Positions 38,331-51,095 of a stretch of 64,000 nt of DNA are shown here, piece by piece. The stretch comes from Phoronis australis (Eukaryota > Animalia > Phoronida). Made by a program: the position numbers and the translations under genes. Where the stretch lies: assembly GCA_002633005.1 (NCBI GenBank), contig NMRA01000109.1:470624-534623 (forward strand), read 5' to 3'. How positions within the stretch are numbered: the first letter of the stretch is position 1; every line of letters starts with the position of its first letter. The notes beneath the pieces were generated by a model, which made no database searches, was not told where the DNA came from, and saw only the letters and a list, made by a program, of their open reading frames with translations.

Positions 38331-39364
38331 ATTAATAGTTGCATAAAACGAAAACGAAATAATAATTTATATAACTGCAACAGAGTTTTTTTAAGATTTC
38401 ACCTTAAATGTTGGTATCAAATGAAATTTGCTCATGTTGCTGTTACCGTTGTTTTGCAAAGAACGTATTTTTTGTTTTGATAAATTTTACTAAAAAGACA
38501 TGGTCACGTTGACCAATTAATGGCATATTGGTATAAAATTCTACATACTTTTTACATTTACGTTTTTCTGAGATGAAGTCAATACTTCTGTAGCTGAATG
38601 CACAGAAATTACGATAAGGTTCTTCATAACCTTAACTGCGAGCCGCGACAAATAAAACATTTTCTTAAATAGATCAACGACTAATCGACCGCATCTTCGA
38701 TACAGAAATTATAGGCCTGACATCTGGAGAGCCATTGACACAGAAAGATAAACTTATTTAGTGCATAGAGGTCAAATTTAAGCAGGTCGAGCAATTTATG
38801 ATCAACTTTAAACTGTAATCGTTGCAAGCTAATCTTTTGTGAAGCTGTTTAACGCCCCATTCAATCTTTCGGTTGATATTTTGCGACAAGGAACACGACA
38901 TATTTGAAATTTCACGAGGGGTCAACCACAATTTTAAGAGAACAAGCGGCCGCAATACTACGTAGTCGACTTTTCTGCCCATTCCTTAAATGGGTCCATG
39001 ATCAACCCCAAGTGCAACAAGCCGTAGATAGGACAATGTCTTAGTAGACATTGTCTGACTCTCAGTACTGCGCTATTGCTGAGAAAACCTGAAAGGCATG
39101 CGTATTCGCTCAGGTTCTTACTCTGTTCTCGACGTCTTAAGATCAAATCAGGTAAATGGACAAAAATCCCAAAATAAAAATGATCGAGTCAATGTGAAGT
39201 CTAATCAGAACAACAGGTAATGCTGAATCGGCCGTTAGTCATGCTTGTTAGTTACTTGAAAGTCACTCATTTCTCCGTTTTGTTTGACCTGGATGTTGCC
39301 AGTACTGCATTATCCAGTGAGATTAAAAAGCAACAGCATAGGTCCACACAAAATAATGGCCATT

Positions 39365-39723
39365 GTGCCCGGTTGCATGAAACAGTCCCATGCAGGGACT
39401 CAATTAAGTTCCCTAAATCTACTGCGTATTTTTGGACTTGTGGAAACATTGATTGCCCTTTCTTGTGTTGTTTTAGTTAACTTTTGACTTTGACACAAAC
39501 CGATAGTAAGCTCTACGTTATACTGTCAATATTATCGAAAATAAGTAGGGATTTTTCATGCAACACCCTCAATTTAGGGACCAATCCTTATTTATTTTAA
39601 TGAACTCTGGATGAAATGATAGAAAAATATTGCATCTGTAAGTCCATAAAGATACAAATATGCATTAAGACTTAGGGACATTAATTGAGTCCCTATTTGG
39701 GACTGTTTCATGCAACTCGGCAC
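39365..39723. mobile_element. Tourist/Harbinger-like MITE
   Basis: Imperfect TIR of about 50 bp: GTGCCCGGTTGCATGAAACAGTCCCA..AGGGACTCAATTAA and its reverse complement ending at 39723. Confidence 0.75.
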
Positions 39724-42700
39724 TGGTCTATTCGCCGCGCGGTCTTTAAATGGTTGCGGCGACCGGAGACCTAGAAAATTGTGGAGAATTGTGACGAACA
39801 GTTGCCGATTGTATGAAACAGTTCCACATGGGAACTAAACAAGGCTCTTTAACTTCTCGCAACATTAGCGGCAAACACTGGTCGTTCATTCTAATGCTGT
39901 TTTATTTTCTTGTATTTTAGCTTTGATACGCACCGATGGTAACGTTTACGTTGAATTCTCAGGTTTATGAATAATATGCACCTTTTCATTCAACTTCGCA
40001 ATTTCAAGTCCTCGTTTGTTTGCATTGAAACGAGGGCTCAGTTTTCAGATATTATTGAAACTGTTATTAGTCAAAGAATAACACGTAATAAGGTGATATA
40101 AAAATAAGGGTAAGCAAACAAAGACGCAAATGCACAGAAAATTTAGGCAACTTAGTTGAATTCCTATTTGTGATTGTTGCATGCAAACGGGCAGAACGCA
40201 CGAGGCACTTTATTGCGTAGAGGACTCCCAGAAAACTTTCATCCGGCACCGGATTATGCATCACATCATATATTGTGTATATTGCACTGGAATCCAATGA
40301 GTGAAATAATTATAAGTTTACGGCATTCAAAATGTGGTAGAGGCAGCCGCATAGAAACGTTACCAATGCAGTGTTTGAAATCTATATACGCACCCACAAA
40401 TCCCGAGTTTCTGTGTAAATGTGATGTAATAACGTGCATCGTGGGTGCACTTGTTGCAAAAAGACTTTTGAGACACGTTCAAATCTTCACATGTTTTTTA
40501 AGAAATGTATAATGTCAACGACTCACATCCGTAGACCCACATGACATTCTTTGAGAATGGAAATGACGTCACCTGCTGTAGTGGAAGCTCAGTGAGGCAA
40601 GTAGCAAGAAATTGCTATTAGGAAAATACCGATCAGCTGGCGAGAGCAGTACAAATAAGATAATGATTTATAGAGCCGATAATATCAAAGAATCATGACA
40701 TCGTTGTAAATAGATAATAATGCACATAGACGTTTTATCAGGCAGCCATTACGACTTTTAAAACAAGGCAGGGAAATTGTGTAGTTTTGCGTTTGAAATG
40801 ATCAGCTCATTATCACTCTATTGTGCTTGGTCCCTTAAGATGTAGTCGTCACCTTACGAGATCTAGAAAAGGTTGGTTGCCTGTTTATTCCTTTTTTTGT
40901 AATCGTAGTAGGGCAAGAAATTGGCGCGATGTTCCGTGACGCTTTTAAAAAGTAAAATTAAAATATTTCAATATGTTATTTTAATAACGTGTTAAGTCCG
41001 TAGTTGAAAAGTTGTGACCACGTTTTGAGGTACAAAAGAGAGTGGGCATTAATTATGTCATGCACAAATGGACAAAAACGAGTGTTTTGTCTATTAAGGT
41101 TTTGCGTGAAGAAAAGTATAAAAGCGAATTATGATTTCATGCATGTACGATAAAAGATGGCACATTGTTGCAGGCAATTACACTGTACGTCTTGCCCACA
41201 GAGTTGCTAAGCAAACCTGAATACAATTCTAGCAAACAATGCCCATTGTTCAACATGCACGACCATAATAAGATACTCATGAATCCTGTGATTGGGAGCC
41301 CCTATACATAGAAACAGAAATACATGAAGTTTCGGAGATAACATGTGTTGATAATTTCTGACTCACTTTTGTGCGTAGGTATCCCATATTTTACAATTCG
41401 ATGTGAATACTGCTATACCTGAAAGCTTATTGAGTTCAATGTTTGGGTTTACAAACAGACAAAACGTATATAAGAGGACCGGACGCCTCCTACGGACACC
41501 ACCAAAAAACGTTATCAGCACTCGGTTTGTAGGGCTTACCTGAATATTTTCCTTCGAAAGCTGTGGCACCAGATCGACCAGTTCAGTCTTTGTTCTACGA
41601 AGATTTCATACTCAGTATCCTAGTGACTGCCCCACAAACACCCATCCACATTATCCACTTGATATTACGTCGTGGAGACGTACAGTAAGTTAAACTTCAT
41701 CGAGTTTCTTAGCAATCTATGGAAAGCTCGAAATGATGTTTACTACAGTTTATTGTTGGTTTATCGAGAAATAATTAAAGGACACGGGCTTGTCTAAATT
41801 TATAAACCACTGAGACTTCAACTGCTACAGAATGATGTTTCGATGAATAGCTTTGTAGGGGTGGCAGAATCTGTTCTTCGAAAACAGTGTAAGCGTATAC
41901 AATTGATAATTTGTTTCGTTCCTTTTAGAGTTTTGATCTATACTTCCAGTTAACTGCGTTTGAGAGGACGTTGATCAGCTGAATCAAGCAAGATTTAACG
42001 TTAGCAGAGTATTTATAATGCAAATCACAAAATTTAAAATTATTAACGAAAATAATTCAATGAAATTATTTTCAACAAAATAAGTGTGCGCATGAACTAA
42101 TTAGGATAATTTCGGGAAAATTCTGCAATGGAGCATTTTTACATCAAAAAGTATCAAACTGGTGATCAGCTGGTTTATTCATGTATTTGCTATTCAGAAA
42201 TGGAGAAGACTAAAACATAAAAAGTTTCACATTCGTTATAGTTTTATTTATCCCATCGTTTCCGTAATAATCATTTGGTTGTTTACACGGATTCGAAGTT
42301 TTGTTAGTGAAAGGTACGGAAACAATAACCGTAGTGATCATCATTGGCATCGTCATAATCGTATCACGTGGTTATCGTCGATATGATCAGTAAAATTAGC
42401 TTTTTAACTTTATACAATTCGTGCTGAATGTCCTTTTAAGCGAACTTAACAGCTAACTCAATACTTCACATGTCTACGGAATATCTTTACATCACGGTAT
42501 TCCATTGTAAGTTTTGACAAACCAGTGAAACGACAATTTTACAAGACCTGGAATCAGCGTCTATATGAACTCGACATACGGCAAAGGTTGGCTTGAAAGA
42601 ATGAAATTCTTTAATTCCTAAGCTGGGAAAGATCGTGCCTTGATAACCCGTCTCGAAAGGTGCTCGTTTCTTTTAAAACATTCAAATGTTCTCAAGCGGC

Positions 42701-43192
42701 CTTTTGTTTTAACGGGCGGATATTAAAATGGTATTATTTTCAACAGACGTGTGTATATTGGCTTGATATAAATTAGCAAATATTCGGTGCCTTTAAATTT
42801 TTAACATTTCTATCTTGCGAGTCTGTCGTTAACGGAAATCAGGCGTTCGCTAGAACGGAGATAATCTTAACTCCTTTGAATACTGATATCAGTTGGAATT
42901 GGGGCTGAGTGACAGAAGTATTCAATCGCTGGCCTTGATCTCGTTTTGTTTGCTGTATGCGACCTTCAAACGAGCACCTTGCGAAAATTGGGAGTAGTGC
43001 TATACCTCGGCAAAAGAGTTACGGACAATGATTAGGGAGACAGGTGAGCATATACCTGGATTAATTAGTGTTTCACAGGTGATAAAATCGTTTAATCAAA
43101 GTCTTTGTTTTATTTTGGTCAGACGTTAGGGTGGCAATCTGTCCGACTAGATCCAACCTTGTTACACATGCGTCAGGCAGACTGCGCCCACA

Positions 43193-43200
43193 TATTTAAA
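43193..43200 (+). promoter_or_regulatory. TATA-like box, possible Xlox promoter
   Basis: TATTTAAA about 490 bp upstream of the ATG, with GATA (GATAA) and Fox-like (TGTTTGAC) motifs nearby. The upstream splice acceptors mean the real start could lie elsewhere. Confidence 0.2.
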
Positions 43201-43371
43201 TACTAGAAACCAGTCGTGCCTTCTGATAAAAATGTACAGGCATGTTCCGAGAGACTCGGTTCCTTGAGGACCGCTGCATATTGAATTTTAAATTTGTCTT
43301 ATTCAAATTGTTTGACATTTAAACTCTGTTCAGTTGAAATGCGTTACTAACCGTACTGTTTTCGTCCTCAG

Positions 43372-43378
43372 GCAGAGT
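43372..43378 (+). other. Candidate 7-nt non-coding microexon in Xlox 5'UTR
   Basis: Branch point TACTAAC (43345-43351), pyrimidine tract and CAG (ending 43371), then GCAGAGT, then GTAAGT (43379-43384). Confidence 0.5.
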
Positions 43379-43680
43379 GTAAGTGAAGTTGTCTCAACGG
43401 TTTGGTCGGCCAAAAATTTTTAACACGACACACACTGTGTGTTGCTCAGTAAATCATCACATGGTCAACAACAAATTAAGCACCCATCCAAGCGTGTATA
43501 TTCGATTACATAGCTATCGGTGACGGCGTTTTAATTGAAATAAATGAATCATTCACAGTTATTAATTTCCACGCGGTCTTTGATGGTGATAGCCTGTTGT
43601 TTTATTTGATTTTTTTTTCCTTTAACAGGTTGTTGACGATAGAACTGTCTTAGACTGGTCTCCGAGCAGATCATGATAAG

Positions 43681-44173
43681 ATGGACACTCACAGCGTCTA
43701 CTACCAACAGGGGCTTTATCACCGGGATATGTACGCGACCCTTCAGACCACCTGCCCGAGTACGGCCGTATATACCAATCCACCAGCGTGCATCTACGGT
43801 GCAGATTTCAAATCTCAGCTAAATTATGGCTCGCAAAATATGTCCGTGGTGGATCAAAGCGATGGCGAGCTCGCGTACGCCACGAACTCTTTAGGGGTAG
43901 TAACGAACCACACACCCGCCCATATTCAACAAAACGGCGGCGTAGGCGGCGGCGGCGGCGCAGGAGGAGGAGGTGGCGGGAACGCGGTTCGTATACCCAG
44001 CACGACGCAGCCACCTCCGGCGCATCAGCACCGACAATCCCCGATTGCGGGGAGCATACGAGACACCAATACCGAGGGCGAAGAAAAACCACAGCCCGTT
44101 GAGCCTAAGTTGCAATTTGCCTGGATGAAGACGACAAAATCACATGCGCACCTTTGGAAATCGCAGTGGCCAG
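43681..44173 (+). CDS. Xlox: ParaHox Xlox/Pdx, first coding exon
   Basis: ATG in AAGATGG context with an in-frame TAG at 43651 and an acceptor at 43627-43628. Contains the NPPACIY motif, a poly-Gly tract and FAWMKTTKSHAHLWKSQWP. Phase-1 donor G|GTATGA. Confidence 0.95.
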
Positions 44174-44606
44174 GTATGAAGAAACTTTAATTTTCGCACT
44201 AGATGGTAAACAAAGAATCGCAAGGTCATTAGGTATGGTAATTAGACTTGATATTGCGTTCATGTAATGATGTTGAGGGCTCGTCTGCAATCTGTCCTTT
44301 GTAAGAATAATTTAGAAATTCAAATTTAAATGGCAATGCTAATTTGTGTCACATGAATAGTCCAAACTCAAGAATAGATCATCACGTGGTGTTTTGTTCT
44401 ATGCATACGACACAACGAGTGTGTCGAAGAGTGCACTGTTACATCAAAGTTATTACGATTGTATTATGTTTTGATACTCAATTAAGAAAACGCCGCGTTT
44501 TTTAGCAAAAACAGGTTTCGTGGCACTAATCCTCCCTTTTCAATAAAATGTTCCAATGTGCCATGACAAGTGTCATGCTTTGCGATTCTTATATTCGACC
44601 ACGTTA

Positions 44607-44675
44607 CATGGGCGGCGCAGCACTGAAATAAGTGGGGGCTACAGCACCCCAGCCCCCTATGGTGCGCCGCCCATG
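44607..44675. mobile_element. 69-bp MITE with 5-bp TSD (hAT5-like)
   Basis: Perfect 13-bp TIR CATGGGCGGCGCA/TGCGCCGCCCATG with CGTTA on both sides. Confidence 0.8.
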
Positions 44676-47600
44676 CGTTAGTGCCCCGTTGTGAATTCAT
44701 AACATCAAGTACATTTTGAGAGTTCTATTTTTTCGCTAGACGAAAAACGTCTTAATTGGTTCCCTGCAGTTCGTAACTTAAGGTTACGCAGGATCTTAGA
44801 AAAATTCCAAATTTGGCGAACTTCAGAACATCGTATCTCAGATTAGGCTGATCGGATTCTTATGAAGCTTTTGGATACTATGCCTTATGCACAGTAGTAC
44901 AAATGCCGTTAGAGGTTGTTTTTGAAATATCCGGCTTCTCCATTAGAGGCTACCACAAAATGGGACTTTTATGATCTTTATGAAACATGTCAAAAGTTTT
45001 ATGAAACAAAAATAAAATACGATCTAGAAAACCACAACATATTTATTTTAAATTTCGTCTTAAGGGCATAATGTGTAATGAATTTTTGTCCTTAAACTAA
45101 GATTGCGAGGGCGCATGCGCATACCTGTCTCACGTAAATTGTGACTCAGGTTGGTAGGCCACTTTACAACGAACTCTGTTTTATTTGGTTCTTGTTCTTT
45201 GAGGGCCCTCTTGGAAAGCAGTGCTATCACTGAAGAGGCCACCCTCATTTTAAATATCACAATAATAAATAAATAAATGTTCCAAGAAAATCTACGTCTA
45301 CTACTTTTAGTTTTCCTACTTTTAGTTGTCTGTATGTTATATGTCCGGGATACAGCTTACCAGAGATTCTTTTGGCTTGTTTAAACATGCTACAAATGTA
45401 TCCTACGCTCTGTCTTCAATTTGTTTTATTCTGAATTCGAAGTTGCAAAATTCCTAGCCTCCAAAATTATCCGCTTTCGATTCCGCTTTCTAAGAGACAT
45501 ACCCCTCAACCGGCTTTTCTACTCGCTTAGCGTGTCCTTCGTGATAGAATAAAAGATGTGTCTCCTTGTCCAACACTTTGCAGCTCTCCTCATACCACTA
45601 TGCCCAGTGCACAGTTTCTCTTAGGACAGCGAATCTCAAAAGGACTGGTATTGTTTTACATAACTGTACTTGGCTAACTCCTCAACATTTCATTATGGGC
45701 TGATTTAGGGAAGCTGGGGACCCCAGAGTCTACCTCATCCCTCGCCCCGAACATGACCATAAACGCCGGCAGCATGCCGTTTCTTTAGGGATTGCACGAG
45801 CATCATTCCTACGAATTTTGAGTTAGGCTCCCCCTTGCGGCAGTGCACGTCAGCCAGCGACCAGGCTCAAAAATATTCATGCCCCTAGCAAAAACTCGTA
45901 TTTCGATACATTTTGATCGCAGATTTCAATATGAAGAAGCCGAGGAACGGTTGGACAGCACACTTTTTATCGCATTTACTGCTTTGGTATGGCTCAAATG
46001 ATTGAGCAATTGCAATAAGCTTGTAATGAACGAGTAAATATCACGCTTTTCTAATTGTATTGAACTTGGTAACGCTACCTACGTGCCACGCACGAATGGT
46101 GGTCGAAACATTGAATTATGTCGAACTATAGCTTTTTCACTTGTAAGTTTTAATTATTAAAATATCGTAGATTTTTAAAGGGGCAATCAGTCCGCCTTCC
46201 ATCACGAAAGGTTGTTTACACCAGTTACCATTATGAAATTTAGTCATAAATTGTTCCGTTGTTAAATAAGGGATGATTTTATGACTTCGAAAGATCTAAC
46301 AGTTCGTTGTTGCTTGAAACCTTACTTTACAAGTTGGCTTGTCAAGGCAGGTTATTTTATGCGTCTAGAATGGTCTCTAGGAATATCAAATTGTTATTTC
46401 CAGCCCAGAAACCACGCCTCATCTGAGTTAGGAACAGAGAACAATATCATAACAGTGTGTAGTTTACGTCAAAAGTTCACTTCTTTGATGGAACGCGAGC
46501 TTGTAGCCGCGTTAACGTTTCTTTATATTTTTCATTTACAATCAAAATCTGTCTGGCATTTTCAATACAGTTGCGGAAGCATTTAGTTCACGTCGACAGA
46601 AAGAGTAAAATTCGTAAAATTCAGTAACACGTTTGCGTGCTCCAACAGTTCGCTTGAAAGTCAATGTTAGAGCTGTTCAATTTGACAACAACCTCAACCG
46701 AAACGCAAACTTTGGTGGTACTTTTTTTGCTGTTAAAATTGTTTACTTTTCCGGGTTTTTTTGCTGTTGAAATTGTATCCACTGAAGTGCAGTACAGGCA
46801 ATTTTGTCAAAATGGCTGAGCACGACGACATTAAAATCAGCTACGGTAATAACCAGTTTTGGTGTTTCCTGGCTACGGATGTTATCATGCTAGGTTCGCT
46901 TGGCCAGCAACTTCATATCACGCGCACCCAATTTTCGCGTGTGACGCGATAACCTCGACAGTCGCCCTCTTGTGGTGTCCTCGTGTTCGCTATAAATAGG
47001 TTAAACTTTGTTTTATTGCTGATTACAATTGACTCAGTTATTAGGGTTAAAACAACACTAAGATTGTCGTCTCAGTGATAAGACTGAAGTAGCGAGAACG
47101 GCACTTATTGCATGTGGAGAAGCACATGTTAGACTGATAACAGCTACCATAGCCTAATGGATCCGCTCATCCACTCTGACACTTAGGAGATACATTTTCA
47201 GTTAATTTGCTATTGATATTATAAACCCGTTTGGCCGTTAATTTGTTTAAAGAAGGGCTTGGTTTTATGCCTTTCATGATAGAGTTTTTCATTAATGCTC
47301 TCTGTTTCCACTACCATGTTACCTAAACACGTCGGCTGCCATAACTTAGTCTAAACTCTTGTTTTAATCAAACCTGCTTTGTTTTTCGTTGCATTGCTAA
47401 TTTATGGAATGTCCAGAGTTGGTCGCGTCCTTCTTTGACATTTGTAACCAACCTTCCCAACCTTTTTGAAATTAGAATCGAATAACTGAGCTGGTATGAA
47501 TCGTTCAACTCGTCCTGTCTGTGAAAATGTTTGGCTAACCACAGTTAGTCCAGAGATTGTTAACTTGCTTGTCACTGTCGCCCTTGTTCCATATTGTTTT

Positions 47601-49425
47601 CAGTTTAGATAATGGCGTTGCATTTCTTGCAAATTCGTGACTTCTAGTGATCACACTTAAGAGCCGCGAGCCTTCCTTTTTTGATTAGATTTTCATTAGT
47701 AAACATTAATGATCTCATTCGAAAGCAAAAAAACAGAGTAAAGGAAACAAAATATCAGAGCAGTAACGAAAAGGGCGTTTCACAGCCTTCCACAGAGTGT
47801 ATTTTCTAAAGAATGACAGGAGACGCAACGTAACAATGACGGGTATATTCCAACTGCTGGGCTGTCAAACGTCGAGTTTTAGTCGTTGGCATCACGTAAG
47901 ATGTTATTTCTGGTCAACATGTTGCTTTTAGCCGGAAGTTGGGATTCGCTAGAACTCTTCTTCGATGGATTATGATTTTGAATTCATGGGCTAGTTATTT
48001 TCCAATGTATAACTGTAAAACTAAGCTACAGTTTCAGAGAATGAAGGCGATTCTACGAAGCGAAATCATTTTGATTTCTGATGAATTCGGCTTGTAACAA
48101 ATATATGTTTTTACAACATTAAGATTCCACCGGCTTTCCGTCATTTTTGACCTTCTGGCATTCGCACCACGAGGAAATAACTTTTAAGCCCTGAAATAGC
48201 TAATGGCTATGTCTTGAAATTGCGATACAAAGTCATTTTTGTTTGAGTATTGATATTTTTATTTTATCTTTCGATAGGTATCACTCACTCTAATAAGAAT
48301 TGTTTTAAAGTGATTTACTTTTGCATGGGTTGCCATCGAAAGTAAGATTTTTATGATTTTCGTGAAAACCTCAAAACCTGCATAACTCGTAAATAAAAAT
48401 ATGGAACAATATATTTTACTATGACTCACTAAGCTTTTCGTTTTTGCTGAAATTTACTAAAACTAGATGACCAAGTTAACGGCAAAATGATAAAAAGTAA
48501 AAGAACAAGTTTTTCAGGTTTATGCTTTCAGAAAACGTATACTTTTACTCAGTGAAAATCTGTAGTTTTGTAGCTCTTTGGTTTAATACATTTACGCATT
48601 CAAAGAAAACACTATACTCATGAAATGAATCGATGTATTCTCGTGAAAACGTTGTCTTCATTATGAATTCATACAATTTTAAGTTTGACATTGATCGTAG
48701 AGTTCAAATTGTTGTACATAATTAAAGTTAGAACCTTTTCGAGGGTGTTAGTTAAAATGCAGTTACATGCGATTGAGGAATATACAATTGGCCAATTATC
48801 CCCGGATAGTCATTTGAAGTAGATCTAAATTGCTGTTTACGATATAAACACTTTGTGTGCGTTTTATGACACAGATACTCGAAAACAACGAGGAACTAAA
48901 CAAAAAAGTCAGTGAACTATTTTGTTCACTCATATGCTAGTGAACGTTCCCAGCTATCAACGAACGGAGCCTTGTAGACGCGTAGTATGGTCAGTGGTTA
49001 TGTAATTTTGCGTCATAATCAGTTCATCGGTATAGGATTGTTTAGATATTTGGTCATGATGGATCAAATACGTTGTTGAAAATACTCGTATACTGAGAAG
49101 TTCAAACTAGAAGTTTAAAGGACCAGTAAACCAGGGCTTTCATTCAAAAAACAACTTTTAATTTAGTCGAAAACTGGTATAAAATTCGTTACTTTTTTCC
49201 AAATTAGAAATGATCCCAAGGCTTGAGAAGCGCGAACATGCGGTTATAGCTTCAGACCAGACCCATTCACGTGTTTGTCATGACGGGCTAATTTGTGTAA
49301 GAAAAGCAACAAGACCGTCATTCCAGGTGAATTTCTACTTCGAACGACAACAACGCGACGGCTTTGAAAGGGCGAATACGCTGTGAAGAAAGTTGGTGTT
49401 TTTAACATGGTTTGCGACGACTTTA

Positions 49426-49583
49426 CAGAGGCGGATTTAGAGGGGGGCCAAGGGGGTCATGTCCCACTAAAATTCTCCCTGATTCCATCTGGCAGTTTGG
49501 GTGTGTGAATGTCTGACAAACAAAATCCTGGCTAATACTCTGCCCTGCCCCCCCCCCAACTCAAAATCCTGGATCCGCCTCTG
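49426..49583. mobile_element. MITE with 5-bp TSD (hAT5-like)
   Basis: TIR CAGAGGCGGAT/ATCCGCCTCTG with TSD CTTTA. Confidence 0.8.
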
Positions 49584-50934
49584 CTTTAAGTACGCTTTTC
49601 AGTGTGGATGGACACCATAATTTACTTTCTTAAATGACACGCCCAAACGCTGCGCTAAGCGCTCCATTAGTATTTGTTTCAGCACACCATTGCCTTCTAA
49701 TCTCGATCAGCTGCTATTGCGTGGTAAAATAATAATAAGAAGAAGAAACACTTCAGGGGCCCTGGTAACACTTACCGATTTATTATTTACAAAATAGCAA
49801 CTTAACAATTATTAAACTATTCTCAGAGACTCTGTGCTTTCTTTAAATAAGATTAGCCCTTAAGACGAAATTTCTCACTTAATTTGAGTAACAGACCCTA
49901 GATAAGATGCAATGTTTTGTTGTAGGCTGACATTTCTTACAAATTTTGTGAAACACTAAAACATAATAACTAAATTTATTTCATACATCAAGATAGATTT
50001 TTAAATTTTATGATCCTGGTCTAGACAAATCACCACAAAAAATTCAAGTTGTTATACTGCTTTATTACAATAATCGAACTGTGAAGAGTAAAATCGTGTA
50101 TCATTGAACATGGTGATCGTTTTTTTTTTCTTCATTTTCTGTAAGATTGTAAATTGACAGTTATTAAAACAACCAAGGCACTTTAACACAGAATGGATTT
50201 GGTCATGCCTTTGTTATTCTAATAACGTGGTGTTTTAAGATAGGCATTCCTGATATTTTCATGTTGACAGCGAAACAAACTGATTAAGGAGCACAGAATC
50301 CCTTATAACCCCACTCAAGTTTATTGAGTATTACAACAAAAGAATACGAGATAAACTTTAATGCCGTCTTGAAAATACTTTGATAAAAATTAAAAACACG
50401 CGCTGATAGTTTTATAAATATTTCCTGCGGTAAGAAAAGAAATTGGGGTAATTTATAACGCACTAGACATTTGGATAGTTCAAGTTTTGAAAGGGGGCAG
50501 GCTACGTAATTTATTGGCCAATCGGATCGCAATTGACAAGTTAATGAAATTTGTCCTCAGCAAAACTCACGATCTCCTTTTTAAAATGCCGTTTTTGGGG
50601 GTCTGAAATTGTTTCTAAAACCTTAGTTTTTTGTCAACGAAATCTTAAACATTTTGAACCCCCTGTCTTTCTGCCTTTGGCTAAAAATGCAATTTGACTT
50701 TTAAACTTTCCAACTTGGTTAACGAGGGTTAAAAGTAGACCACTGCTGACCACTGACACAATATACTATTGGCTTTTATGTGCTCTTCACAATGGTTGTC
50801 GTCGTGACTGACGGAGTCTTCGTTCTCATTATCGTTGTAATACTGAACATCATCATCGTCATTATCACCACCTTACATCAAAGTCATTAGCATTTCAACA
50901 GTTTTAAGACTACTATCACTACCATCCTGTTATC

Positions 50935-51095
50935 AAAACCACCACCACCACAGCCAACGCCACAACCACCCTCACCACCACCACCACGGCAACCATCATC
51001 ACCACAACCAATCACCACCACAACTGTCACCACCACAACCAATCACCACCACAACCATCACCACCACACCAATCACCACCACAACCACAACCACT
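50935..51095. repeat. (ACC/CAA)n trinucleotide microsatellite
   Basis: Directly visible. Confidence 0.85.

Noticed and set aside
43788-44115. Arg-rich and antisense ORFs overlapping Xlox exon 1
   Set aside because: Shadow frames of the GC-rich poly-Gly coding sequence.
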